DNA of 32,000 nt from contig NC_007493.2 in assembly GCF_000012905.2 (NCBI RefSeq), positions 3,090,001 to 3,122,000 on the forward strand, given 5' to 3'. The first letter of the stretch is position 1. Each line of letters begins with the position of its first letter. Under the pieces are notes generated by a model. The model searched no databases and was not told where the DNA came from. It saw only the letters and a program-made list of their open reading frames with translations. Shown piece after piece: positions 1-8,658 of this stretch. This DNA is from Cereibacter sphaeroides 2.4.1. Lineage in GTDB: Bacteria; Pseudomonadota; Alphaproteobacteria; Rhodobacterales; Rhodobacteraceae. The position numbers and the translations under genes were made by a program.

Positions 1-948
1 CTGTGCGATGGTGCCGCGGCCCTCTGGTCGGTGCTCGCCGATCCGCCTTCAAGCCTTCGTGACGTCAATGCTCCAGCTGTCCTGCGCGCCTTCTCCGGCC
101 TGCCGCCCGATCTCCGGCAGGAGTTGGGCCCGAGATTGGCGGAGAATTTCCTTGCTTGGGAGGATCCGGCCAACGCGCAGGCGATCCGAGAAGCGCTGGT
201 CCGCGGCGCACGCAAACCGACGCCGGCGGCGACGCTCACCGACGCCCGCCTTGCCGCTGCCCGAGGAGAGGCGCCACCCGCGGCGGATCTCGCGCGGATC
301 GGCCAGCAGCCCGGTCCCGAAGGGGCTGAGGCGCTGGCGCTGCTCGTGGAAGGTCAGGTGGCGGAAGGCAAGGCGCCGTCCGCGCAGGATGTGCTGAGCC
401 TCGGAGCCATGTACCAGGAGACCGAGGGAACGGACTTGGGCCAGAGGGTCGGCCGGGCCTATCGCCTCGCACTTGCCGCCACGGGCGACTATGACCGCGC
501 CTTCTCCGGGCGCGCTCTCGCGCCCGACGCGGATGCCGAAGTCTGGCGTATCCTCGCCGTCTCCGGTCCCGACAGCCAGTTGCTCGAGCGGGCCGTTCTT
601 CCGGAAACGGAACCTCTGCCGTCATTGCCTGACACGACCCGCCGGGCGCTGGCGGACCGTTTGCGAGCGCTTGGCCTCGAACGCTCCGCCGATCGATGGC
701 ATCCCGCCGAGACGGCCACCGCCGCGCCGCCGGACGAGCCTCCGCCCCCGCCCGTCCCGGCAGAGGCGGCCGGCCCGTCGTCTCCCGGAACTGATGCCGC
801 GTCCCTTCCGCCTGCGGCGGCTGCATCCCCGTCTGTTCCGGCGTCCCTCACCCGGAGCCGCGCCCTGGTCGAGGAAAGCGCACGTGCGCGCCAGCGCATC
901 GAGGATCTGCTGCGCGCAACGGGCGGCGAACAACCGCCCGACGGTTAG
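1..948 (+). CDS. Hypothetical protein, 5'-truncated by the window edge, with an Ala/Pro-rich C-terminal tail
   Basis: Frame +1 is open from nt 1 to TAG at 946-948; the track ORF at 31 starts on an internal GTG. The N-part is helical-looking and Leu/Ala/Arg-rich, and a PPDEPPPPPVP tract lies near the C-terminus. I recognise no motif. It lies directly upstream of the lytic transglycosylase-flhA operon. Confidence 0.45.
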   Translation: MCDGAAALWSVLADPPSSLRDVNAPAVLRAFSGLPPDLRQELGPRLAENFLAWEDPANAQAIREALVRGARKPTPAATLTDARLAAARGEAPPAADLARIGQQPGPEGAEALALLVEGQVAEGKAPSAQDVLSLGAMYQETEGTDLGQRVGRAYRLALAATGDYDRAFSGRALAPDADAEVWRILAVSGPDSQLLERAVLPETEPLPSLPDTTRRALADRLRALGLERSADRWHPAETATAAPPDEPPPPPVPAEAAGPSSPGTDAASLPPAAAASPSVPASLTRSRALVEESARARQRIEDLLRATGGEQPPDG

Positions 949-1243
949 ATGCGGACCGGTGAGAAGTGGGGTCCTGCCCCAAGACCCTGCCACCAGGTCG
1001 AGGGTCGGTCGTCCAGCACGGCGGGCCCTATGCACCCCATGTCCAGCGCCTGTATGCCATTTGCTGGCAGAGCCTGGCTCGTCGTGGAGGGGGATAGACG
1101 AAAGCGCGGCGTCATCTGTCAACCGCCTTGGATCTCGAAGCCGCTCATCCTCCGCCGCCGGACATGGTTTGCCAAGGCACCGCTAACCGTTTCCCAAGGA
1201 TCGCGCGGCACACTGCGCCGCAGGAAGTCACAGGAGTCTCCAG

Positions 1244-1924
1244 ATGATCCCTAGCAGCCGATTGCGCGCGATCCTTTCGGCCGCTCTTCTGGGGCTGGCC
1301 TTGATGCTCCACGTCTCACCTGCTTCGGCAAGGCTTCGGGACGCGGATCTGTGCGAGGAAGCTGCCCGTCGTGCCGCGCGCGCGACGGGCGTGCCGCAGG
1401 AGGTGCTGATGGCGATTACCCTGACGGAGACGGGGCGCCGGACCGGCGGCGGGCCGATGCGCCCCTGGCCCTGGGCGGTCAATGTCGCGGGACAGGGACA
1501 CTGGTTTCCGAGCAGGGCAGAGGCGGAGCAGTTCGTGGCCAGTGTGCTGGACCAAGGTCGTGGGAATTTCGACGTCGGATGCTTCCAACTGAACAACCGC
1601 TGGCATGCCGCGAACTTTGCCTCAATGCACGACATGTTCGATCCCGACGCGAACGCGCTCTATGCCGCGCGCTACCTGCAGGACTTGCGGGGTCCGTCCG
1701 ACGATTGGTCGAGCGCGGCGGGCGCCTATCATTCGGCGACGCCCGAACTGGCCCGCCGCTACCGCTCCCGCTTCGAGATGCTGCTCGCAGACCTGCCGGC
1801 CGCCGCAGCTGAGGGCGTCGTGGCTCGCGTCAACGTCTTCCCGCTCTTCCGCGCCGGCGACGTGAGAAGCACGGGCTCGCTCGTGCCGCTCGACGCGCCT
1901 GCGCGTCCCCTGTTCGGAGAGTGA
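1244..1924 (+). CDS. Exported SLT-domain lytic transglycosylase (flagellum-associated candidate)
   Basis: N-terminal signal peptide (LLGLALMLHVSPASA/RL). SLT-like motifs LTETG (catalytic Glu), GCFQLN and AAGAYHS. AGGAG-type SD at 1231-1236. The stop at 1922-1924 is followed 3 nt later by the flhA ATG. Confidence 0.75.
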   Translation: MIPSSRLRAILSAALLGLALMLHVSPASARLRDADLCEEAARRAARATGVPQEVLMAITLTETGRRTGGGPMRPWPWAVNVAGQGHWFPSRAEAEQFVASVLDQGRGNFDVGCFQLNNRWHAANFASMHDMFDPDANALYAARYLQDLRGPSDDWSSAAGAYHSATPELARRYRSRFEMLLADLPAAAAEGVVARVNVFPLFRAGDVRSTGSLVPLDAPARPLFGE

Positions 1925-1927
1925 GAA

Positions 1928-3994
1928 ATGCGCCTGTCCCGGGACCGCCTTTTCCAGCCGACCATCCTGCTGGCGCTTGCCCTCATGGCGGTCATCGTCA
2001 TGATGGTCCTGCCGGTGCCCGCCTGGATGCTGGACCTGGGCCTCGCCCTCTCGTTCTCGCTCGCCATCCTCATGTTCACCGTCACGCTCTTCATCGAGCG
2101 GCCTCTAGATTTTTCGGCCTTCCCCACCGTCCTTCTTTCGTCGCTGATGCTTCGCCTCTCGCTGAACATCTCCTCGACAAAGCTCATCATCGGCAACGGT
2201 CACACCGGCACCGCTGCGGCCGGTCATGTCATCGAGGGCTTCGCCAGCTTCATCATGAACGGCAGCGTCATGATGGGGGTCGTCATCTTCTGTGTCCTGC
2301 TGATCGTGAACTTCGTTGTCATCACCAAGGGCGCCGGGCGCATGGCCGAGGTGGGCGCGCGCTTTGCTCTTGACGGCATGCCCGGCAAGCAGCTTGCCAT
2401 TGACAGCGACATGTCCGCCGGCGCCATAGATCACGCGGAGGCCAGACGCAGGCGCGAGCAGGAGCTGGCTGAAACCAACTTCTTCGGCTCGCTCGACGGC
2501 GCCTCGAAATTCGTCAAGGGCGACGCAGTCGCCGGATTGCTCATCACGGGCCTCAACATCGTCGTGGGCTTGCTCGTCGGCGTCCTGATGCATGACATGC
2601 CGATCGGCCGCGCCTTCGAGACCTATGCCATCCTCACCATCGGTGATGGGCTTGTGAGCCAGATCCCCGCGGTCATCATCTCGATCGCGGCGGCCCTTCT
2701 CCTGGCGCGTGGGGGTGCGGCAGGTGCCGCGGATGTCTCCTTCTTCAAGCAGCTTGGCCGCTTTCCCGCCGCTCTCGCCACTGTGTCGCTTCTGATGGCT
2801 CTGTTCGCGCTGGTGCCCGGGTTGCCGTTCGGCCCGTTCATGGCGGCGGCGACCGGGCTCGGCGCCCTCTCCTTCATGGGCCTTCGCAGGGCAGAAGACC
2901 CGACCGCTCCCACCTCGACCGAGGCCGAGGTTCCGACTGCGAGGTCTCTGGGTGACGTCCTCGACTTTGACGACATTCACATCGAGTTCGCTCCGAACCT
3001 CGTCGGGATGGTGCTTGATCCGGCGACGGGGCTCGATGCGCGCATCGTGAACATGCGCAACCATATCGCTGGCGCCTTCGGGCTGATCCTGCCGGAAATC
3101 CGGGTGACCGACGAGACTATGCTTCCTCCCGGGAGCTACAGGATCCGGCTTCAGGGGGTCGAGCGCGTGCGTGATCGCCTCCTGCCGGACCGTCTGCTCG
3201 TGCTCCTGATGGAGGGGACCGAGGCGCCGGAAGGGATTGACGTGCGCGAGCCGGTGTATGGCGCGCCCGCGCGCTGGATCCTTCCGGACGATCAGGAGAG
3301 GGCCGCCCTGGCCGGGTTGACTGTGGTCACACCGGCAGAGGTGCTTGCCACCCATCTTCTCGAGGTCATGAAGGGCAATCTCGCGCGTCTCTTGACGCTC
3401 AAGGGTCTGCGACGTCTGCTGGATGAGTTCACCAATCTCTCGGACCGCAGCCGGGCCGAGGCGAACCGGCGCCTGCTCGACGAGCTTGTGCCAGACCGTG
3501 TGCCGGTGGATCTGCTGCTCGCGGTGCTCCGTCTTCTCCTGGAGGAGCGGGTGTCGATCCGAAATCTTCCTCTGATTCTCGAAGCCATTGCCGAGGCTCG
3601 CCCTCTCGGTTCGCCCGAAGAGATCTGTGAACATGTGCGACAGCGGCTGGGCTTCCAGATTGTCGCCGAGCTGAAACGCGAGGATGGCACCGTTCCCCTG
3701 ATCCAGCTCGCGCCGGAATGGGAAAAGACCTTCGCGGCGCATCAGCTCGAAGGGCGGGGTCTGCGTGACGTGGCGTTGCCACCGGAGGCTTTCAGCCGAT
3801 TGGCGAATGGTCTGGCCGAGAAGCTCGCACGGGCGGCCGACATGGGGCTCCAGCCGGCACTCGTGACCTCGACGCTCCGCCGCCGCTTCCTGCGCGCCGT
3901 TGTGGCCGCCAAAGGACTGATCGTTCCGGTGATCTCCTATGACGAGATCGGCACGGAGGCGCGCGCCGCCATGGTGGGCACCGTCCCGGCATGA
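1928..3994 (+). CDS. flhA: Flagellar type III export gate protein FlhA
   Basis: 688 aa with an N-terminal multi-TM region. FHIPEP-type block RMAEVGARFALDGMPGKQLAIDSDMSAG...GSLDGASKFVKGDAVAGLLIT and a large cytoplasmic C-domain. GGAGAG SD upstream. Confidence 0.97.
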   Translation: MRLSRDRLFQPTILLALALMAVIVMMVLPVPAWMLDLGLALSFSLAILMFTVTLFIERPLDFSAFPTVLLSSLMLRLSLNISSTKLIIGNGHTGTAAAGHVIEGFASFIMNGSVMMGVVIFCVLLIVNFVVITKGAGRMAEVGARFALDGMPGKQLAIDSDMSAGAIDHAEARRRREQELAETNFFGSLDGASKFVKGDAVAGLLITGLNIVVGLLVGVLMHDMPIGRAFETYAILTIGDGLVSQIPAVIISIAAALLLARGGAAGAADVSFFKQLGRFPAALATVSLLMALFALVPGLPFGPFMAAATGLGALSFMGLRRAEDPTAPTSTEAEVPTARSLGDVLDFDDIHIEFAPNLVGMVLDPATGLDARIVNMRNHIAGAFGLILPEIRVTDETMLPPGSYRIRLQGVERVRDRLLPDRLLVLLMEGTEAPEGIDVREPVYGAPARWILPDDQERAALAGLTVVTPAEVLATHLLEVMKGNLARLLTLKGLRRLLDEFTNLSDRSRAEANRRLLDELVPDRVPVDLLLAVLRLLLEERVSIRNLPLILEAIAEARPLGSPEEICEHVRQRLGFQIVAELKREDGTVPLIQLAPEWEKTFAAHQLEGRGLRDVALPPEAFSRLANGLAEKLARAADMGLQPALVTSTLRRRFLRAVVAAKGLIVPVISYDEIGTEARAAMVGTVPA

Positions 3995-4773
3995 GCACGC
4001 TTTTCGAACGGCTCGCAGAACTCGTCCTGTTGGCGCAGGATCTGTTCCGCGGAGGCTTCCTTGTCTTCCTGAGGGTAGGAGCCGCCATGGCGCTCCTGCC
4101 GGCGTTTGGCGAGACGAGCCTGCCCGTCCGGGTGCGGCTCGCCGCCGCCTTGGCCTTCACTGCGATCGTCTTTCCGGCGGTCAGCGACCGCGTCCCCACT
4201 TATGACAGCACCGTCGCCCCTCTTCTGACGGAGACAGCGGTGGGGCTGCTTCTCGGCGCTTCGCTCCGGCTCTTCGTCCTCGCGCTTCAGACAGCGGGAA
4301 CCATTGCAGCGCAGGCGACGTCGCTGGCGCAGCTTTTCGGATCGACTGCGGGAGAACCCCAGCCCGTCATGACTAATATTCTGACGCTTGCGGGACTGGC
4401 CCTCGCAGTGGCGGGCGGACTGCATGTGCAGATCGCCCTGTTCCTCATCCAGTCCTACGATATCCTGCCTGCAGCCCGGTTGCCTGAACCTGCGGACGTC
4501 GCGACCTGGGGCCTTGCGCTGGTGGTGAAGAGTTTCGCCCTCGGCTTCCTGCTCGCGATGCCCTTCGTTGCGGCCTCCTTCATCTTCAACGTGGCCCTCG
4601 GGATCGTCAATCGTGCCATGCCGCAGCTCATGGTCTTCTTCGTCGGAGCGCCTGCACTGACCTTCGGTGGCCTCGTCCTCCTGGCGCTTGCGGCGCCGGC
4701 CGTGCTGGGCATCTGGCTGGTGGATCTGCGTACTTTTCTCGAGGCGCCGTTCATGGGAGCGGGATCTCCATGA
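3991..4773 (+). CDS. fliR: Flagellar export gate protein FliR
   Basis: 260-aa polytopic membrane protein. Its ATG overlaps the flhA stop (ATGA). The N-terminus FLVFLRVGAAMALLPAFGE is typical of FliR. It sits between flhA and flhB. Confidence 0.92.
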   Translation: MSTLFERLAELVLLAQDLFRGGFLVFLRVGAAMALLPAFGETSLPVRVRLAAALAFTAIVFPAVSDRVPTYDSTVAPLLTETAVGLLLGASLRLFVLALQTAGTIAAQATSLAQLFGSTAGEPQPVMTNILTLAGLALAVAGGLHVQIALFLIQSYDILPAARLPEPADVATWGLALVVKSFALGFLLAMPFVAASFIFNVALGIVNRAMPQLMVFFVGAPALTFGGLVLLALAAPAVLGIWLVDLRTFLEAPFMGAGSP

Positions 4774-5849
4774 CCGACGGGGAGGATGACAAGCCGCACG
4801 AGCCGTCTCAGCGCAAGCTCGAGGAGGCGCGACGGAAGGGCGAGGTTCCGCGCTCGCAGGATCTGGTGACGGCTGCGGCCTATGCAGGCCTGCTTGCGGC
4901 TGCAATGACCTTGGGCGACCGGGTCTTGCAACGCACGGGTGACATCGGCAGCACGCTCCTCGGACAGGCGGACCGGCTGTCGACGCTCTTCTCGGGTCAA
5001 GCTCAGGCGCCGGTGGGTGGGCTTCTGGCCGCGGCGGTCTCCGCTGTCCTGCCTCTGTTCCTCCTGCCCGCGCTTGCAGCGGGGGGCGCGCTTCTGGCGC
5101 AGAGATCCCTCGTGGTTGCACCATCCAAGCTCGCGCCGCGGCTCGAGCGGATCTCGCCGCTCGCGGGTCTGCGCAACCGCTTCGGGCGCGCCGCGTTGGT
5201 GGACTTCCTCAAGAGCTTCGTCAAGCTGCTGCTCGTCGGCCTACTCCTTGCCTTCTTCATCTTGCGTCGGAGCGACGATATCTTCGGCCTTCTCTGGATG
5301 GAGCCGAAGATCGCACTCGGCACCATGTTCGCCCTGCTCCTCCAGTTCCTGCTGCTCGTGGTGATCCTCTCCGTCGCGGTTGGCCTCGTGGATTACCTTT
5401 GGCAGCGGTTCGAGCATCTGCGCCGCAACCGGATGTCGCGTCAGGAACTGGTCGAGGAGGCCAAGGACGCCGAGGGCGATCCCCATGTGAAGGCGCAGCG
5501 GCGGCGGCGGGCGGTGGAGATTGCAACCAACCGGATGCTGCAGGACGTGGCGAAGGCCGATGTCGTGGTGGTCAACCCGACCCATTATGCGGTGGCGCTG
5601 CGCTGGAAACGGGGCGACAAGCGCGCGCCCGTCTGTGTGGCAAAGGGAGTGGACGAGGTCGCCGCCCGTATCCGTGAGCGTGCGATCGAGGCAGGCGTGC
5701 CGATCCACCGCGATCCTCCGGCGGCCAGGGCGTTGCACGCGATGGTTCAGATCGGCGAGGAGATTCGCCCCGAACATTACCAGGCCGTCGCCGCCGCGGT
5801 GCGGTTCGCGGAAACGATCCGGCGCAAGATGAAGGGACGGCGGAGATGA
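4770..5849 (+). CDS. flhB: Flagellar export switch protein FlhB
   Basis: 359 aa. N-terminus KPHEPSQRKLEEARRKGEVPRSQDL, four TM segments and the autocleavage motif VVVNPTHYAVAL. ATGA overlap with the fliR stop. Confidence 0.96.
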   Translation: MTDGEDDKPHEPSQRKLEEARRKGEVPRSQDLVTAAAYAGLLAAAMTLGDRVLQRTGDIGSTLLGQADRLSTLFSGQAQAPVGGLLAAAVSAVLPLFLLPALAAGGALLAQRSLVVAPSKLAPRLERISPLAGLRNRFGRAALVDFLKSFVKLLLVGLLLAFFILRRSDDIFGLLWMEPKIALGTMFALLLQFLLLVVILSVAVGLVDYLWQRFEHLRRNRMSRQELVEEAKDAEGDPHVKAQRRRRAVEIATNRMLQDVAKADVVVVNPTHYAVALRWKRGDKRAPVCVAKGVDEVAARIRERAIEAGVPIHRDPPAARALHAMVQIGEEIRPEHYQAVAAAVRFAETIRRKMKGRRR

Positions 5850-6175
5850 AGCGGGCGGCCGAGATCGACCGACTGGAAGGGCTCGCGCGACTGGTGCTGG
5901 ATCTGCGCCTCGCTGACCTCAGCCGGGTGGCCCGTCAGCGGCAGGAATGTCTCGACCGTCTTGCCGCGCTGGAGCCGGCTGCAGCCGAGAATCTCGATCC
6001 GGTATCGGCGGCCCGGGCACTGCTGCTCTATCAGGCGTGGGCAGATGGCCGACGGGCCGAGATCAACGGAACGCTGGCGCGATTGACGGCCGAATGGGCG
6101 CAGAAGAGCGCTGCGGCCCGGACGGCCTTTGCCCGGACGGAGGCGCTGCGGCTTGTGAAGGCCCGCATCGGATGA
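5846..6175 (+). CDS. Hypothetical 109-aa coiled-coil-like protein translationally coupled to flhB
   Basis: Its ATG overlaps the flhB TGA (ATGA). Ala/Arg/Leu/Glu-rich, with no TM segment or signal peptide. I recognise no family motif. Confidence 0.5.
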   Translation: MKRAAEIDRLEGLARLVLDLRLADLSRVARQRQECLDRLAALEPAAAENLDPVSAARALLLYQAWADGRRAEINGTLARLTAEWAQKSAAARTAFARTEALRLVKARIG

Positions 6176-6206
6176 TCCGGGCCTGCCGCAACCGGCCGAT
6201 CCGGCC

Positions 6207-6722
6207 TCAGCTGTCCTGACGCATAATGTCGGTGATGAGCACGTCGATGGCCGTCGGGCCAAGTACGGATCGGGCCACCTCCAGCAGCGCGCGGCGCAGG
6301 GCGACCAGATTGGCGGCTTCCGTGAAGGCGCCGCGAAAGCCGCCGGCATTGGCGTGATCGAAGAGAACGCTCAGCATCCCGTCGCGCAATTTGGGCTCGA
6401 CCGCATAGACCTGCTCGGTCCCGCCCGGCGGAACCTCGAGGCTGAGCGAGAGGATGACCATCGAGGCCACGCGCCCGTCCTCGATGATCGGCACGATGAA
6501 CTGGTTGTTGAGCTTGGCATATTCCGGCTGCTCTTCCGGATTTGCGGAATGGCCCTCGGTTGCCGGCTCGGCCGCGGGGGCATGTGCATCGGCAGCACCT
6601 TCGCCACCGGTCGCATGGTCCGGTCCGGCAGCCTCGGCGGCGGGACGCAGGAAGAGCCCTGCGCCCACGCCCGCTCCGAGACCCGCCAGCGCCAGAAGAA
6701 GGGGGAGAAGAAAGCGCATCAT
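6207..6722 (-). CDS. fliL: Flagellar basal-body-associated protein FliL
   Basis: I take the start at the ATGATG at 6717-6722, 1 nt after the flgH stop, rather than the 222-aa track start. This gives 171 aa with a single N-terminal TM (MMRFLLPLLLALAGLGAGVGAGLF). A FliL-like core follows: EYAKLNNQFIVPIIEDGRVASMVILSLSLEV. It is the last gene of the rod/ring operon. Confidence 0.7.
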   Translation of the reverse strand: MMRFLLPLLLALAGLGAGVGAGLFLRPAAEAAGPDHATGGEGAADAHAPAAEPATEGHSANPEEQPEYAKLNNQFIVPIIEDGRVASMVILSLSLEVPPGGTEQVYAVEPKLRDGMLSVLFDHANAGGFRGAFTEAANLVALRRALLEVARSVLGPTAIDVLITDIMRQDS

Positions 6723-6723
6723 G

Positions 6724-7443
6724 TCAGAACGGGAGGATGATGTCGGCCACCTGCTGGCCGTAGCGGGGTTGCTGGACATCGGTGATCTGGCCGCGCCCGC
6801 CGTAGGAGATCCGGGCTTCCGCGATCTTGTCGTAAGTGATCTCGTTCTGCCGCGAGATATCGCCCGGCCGGACATAGCCTGTCACGACCAGTTCGCGCAG
6901 CTCGTAATTCACGCGCACCTCCTGCTGGCCCTGGATGCGGAGGACGCCGTTCGGCAGTTCCTCGACCACCGTGGCCGCGACACGGAGGGTCATCTTCTCC
7001 TTCCGGCGCACCGACCCGTCGCCCGCATAGTTCGAGGAGGAGGTGGTCGAGACCGCATCTGCCATCGAGGCCCCGTCGGGAAGGTGGCGGTCGATCCGCT
7101 GCGGCAGGCCGAAGAAGGACGGCAGGCCCAGTGTCTCGCCGCCCGACCGGCTGCGTCCCGTGGAGTTCGAGATCTCGGCACGGTCGTCGATCTCGATCAC
7201 CACCGTCAGGATGTCGCCGCGGCGGCTGGCCCGCCGGTCGCCGAGCAGCGAGGCCCGGTCGCCCGCCCAGAGCGAGGAGCCGGCGGTGGGCCCTGAATTG
7301 GCCACATCCTCGGGCAGCGGCAGCGCATACATCGCATGATACTGGAACGTGTCGTCGGCTGGCGTGAAGGACGGAGCCTTGCCGACCTCGGACAGGCGCG
7401 CGCAGGAGGGCAGGACGAGGATCAGAAGGATCAGGCGTCGCAT
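6724..7443 (-). CDS. flgH: Flagellar L-ring lipoprotein FlgH
   Basis: Preferred start is ATG 7441-7443 (MRRLILLILVLPSC, a lipobox-like LPSC) with a GAAGGA SD about 8 nt upstream. The track start at 7473 would overlap flgA by 20 nt. The conserved FlgH core is present: GDILTVVIEIDD...LRIQGQQEVRVNYELRELVVTGYVRPGDI. Confidence 0.9.
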   Translation of the reverse strand: MRRLILLILVLPSCARLSEVGKAPSFTPADDTFQYHAMYALPLPEDVANSGPTAGSSLWAGDRASLLGDRRASRRGDILTVVIEIDDRAEISNSTGRSRSGGETLGLPSFFGLPQRIDRHLPDGASMADAVSTTSSSNYAGDGSVRRKEKMTLRVAATVVEELPNGVLRIQGQQEVRVNYELRELVVTGYVRPGDISRQNEITYDKIAEARISYGGRGQITDVQQPRYGQQVADIILPF

Positions 7444-7453
7444 GGGATGTCCT

Positions 7454-7873
7454 TCAGGAGCCGGGGCCGACATGCACCGCGCCGTCTTCCGCGATGCGGC
7501 CCGACACGGTGGTGCGCGACGAGAGGTTCATCACGCGGATCTCGTCGCCCACGCCGCCGCGGGAGAGGGCGCGGCCCTCCGCCCGGATCTCGAGCGCCCC
7601 CAGCCGGTAGGAGAGCGGCACGAGCTGGTTGCGGTCGATGATCGCGGGCGGCCCCAGATCTGCGGCCCGCACCGGCCGTCCGGCATAGAGGGTGACGCGC
7701 GCCTCCTGACCGAGGGCCTGCGACAGCTCGGCCAGGGCGCCGGGCATGTCCTGCGGGGCGAGAGCGAGATCCTCGGGGCCCAGGATCGAAAGGGCGCGCA
7801 CCGTGCGCGCGGCAACGACCGTCTCGGCAGAGGCCGGCCACGCGAGAAGAAGCAAAAGGGGGAACGCGCGCAT
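7454..7873 (-). CDS. flgA: Flagellar P-ring assembly chaperone FlgA
   Basis: The internal ATG at 7871-7873 overlaps the flgG stop (TGATG). This gives 139 aa with a signal peptide (MRAFPLLLLLAWPASA/E). The C-terminal part RGGVGDEIRVMNLSSRTTVSGRI is FlgA/SAF-like. The 415-aa track ORF is an out-of-frame extension across flgG. Confidence 0.8.
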   Translation of the reverse strand: MRAFPLLLLLAWPASAETVVAARTVRALSILGPEDLALAPQDMPGALAELSQALGQEARVTLYAGRPVRAADLGPPAIIDRNQLVPLSYRLGALEIRAEGRALSRGGVGDEIRVMNLSSRTTVSGRIAEDGAVHVGPGS

Positions 7874-8658
7874 CACCGCACCTGCGACGTGGCCGCGAGC
7901 ATCTGGTCGGCCGCGGTGATCACCTTCGCGTTCAGCTCGTATCCGCGCTGGGCCTTGATGAGCTCGGTGATCTCCTGCACGGAATCGACGGAGCTCTCCT
8001 CCAGATAGCCCTGCCGGAGCGTGCCGAACCCGTCCTCGCCTGCCACGCCCGCGATGGGCGGGCCGGAGGCTGCCGTCTCGAGGAAGAGGTTCGAGCCGAT
8101 CGCCTCCAGCCCCTTCTCGTTCGTGAAACCGGTGAGCGAGATCTGCCCCAGAAGCTGGGGCTGCACCTGGCCCGTAAAATAGCCCCAGACCTCGCCCGTC
8201 GCATCGATCGAGATGCTGGCGGCATCCTGCGGAATGGTGATCCCCGGCGCGACCTCGTGGCCGTCCGAGCTGACGATCAGCCCCTCGGCCGAGCGCTTCA
8301 GGGCGCCGTCCCGGGTATAGGCCGACTGGCCCGAAGGCAGCGTGACCTCCAGATAGCCGCGCCCGTCGATCGCCAGATCGAGATCCCCCCGCGTCTGGGC
8401 AAGCGCTCCCTGCGAGAGCACGACCGAGACGGCCGAAGGGCGCACACCCATCCCGAGCTGGACGCCGGTGGGCAGCATCCGGCCGTCCTCGGCGCTGACG
8501 GTGCCGGGGCGCACCGCCTGCTGATAATGGAGATCGGCGAAATCTGCCCGGCGGGCGTTGTAGCCTGTCGTCGACATGTTCGCGAGGTTGTTCGAGATGA
8601 CATCGACGCGGGTCTGCTGCGCGCTCATCCCTGTGGCTGCGATCTGAAGCGCCTTCAT
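7873..8658 (-). CDS. flgG: Flagellar distal rod protein FlgG
   Basis: 261 aa. N-terminal rod signature LQIAATGMSAQQTRVDVISNNLANMSTTGYN. C-terminal LRQGYLEESSVDSVQEITELIKAQRGYELNAKVI. Confidence 0.93.
   Translation of the reverse strand: MKALQIAATGMSAQQTRVDVISNNLANMSTTGYNARRADFADLHYQQAVRPGTVSAEDGRMLPTGVQLGMGVRPSAVSVVLSQGALAQTRGDLDLAIDGRGYLEVTLPSGQSAYTRDGALKRSAEGLIVSSDGHEVAPGITIPQDAASISIDATGEVWGYFTGQVQPQLLGQISLTGFTNEKGLEAIGSNLFLETAASGPPIAGVAGEDGFGTLRQGYLEESSVDSVQEITELIKAQRGYELNAKVITAADQMLAATSQVR

Noticed and set aside
1066-1193. Sigma-54-like elements (TGGCAG...GC at 1065-1078, GGCAC at 1176-1180) upstream of the flhA operon
   Set aside because: In the first, the GG-to-GC spacing is 9 rather than 10 nt. 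The second has no TTGC-type -12 element at the required distance. Native alphaproteobacterial flagellar clusters are generally not RpoN-driven.
949-1254. 101-aa ORF filling the spacer upstream of the lytic transglycosylase gene
   Set aside because: No SD, non-protein-like composition, and it runs into the next gene's start. It is treated as non-coding spacer.
2105-3742. 545-aa ORF antisense to flhA
   Set aside because: It is entirely embedded opposite a confidently identified gene. Its Arg/Gly/His/Pro-rich composition has no domain-like motifs, which is typical of a shadow ORF in high-GC DNA. The same reasoning applies to 3937-5124 (-), which is antisense to fliR and flhB.
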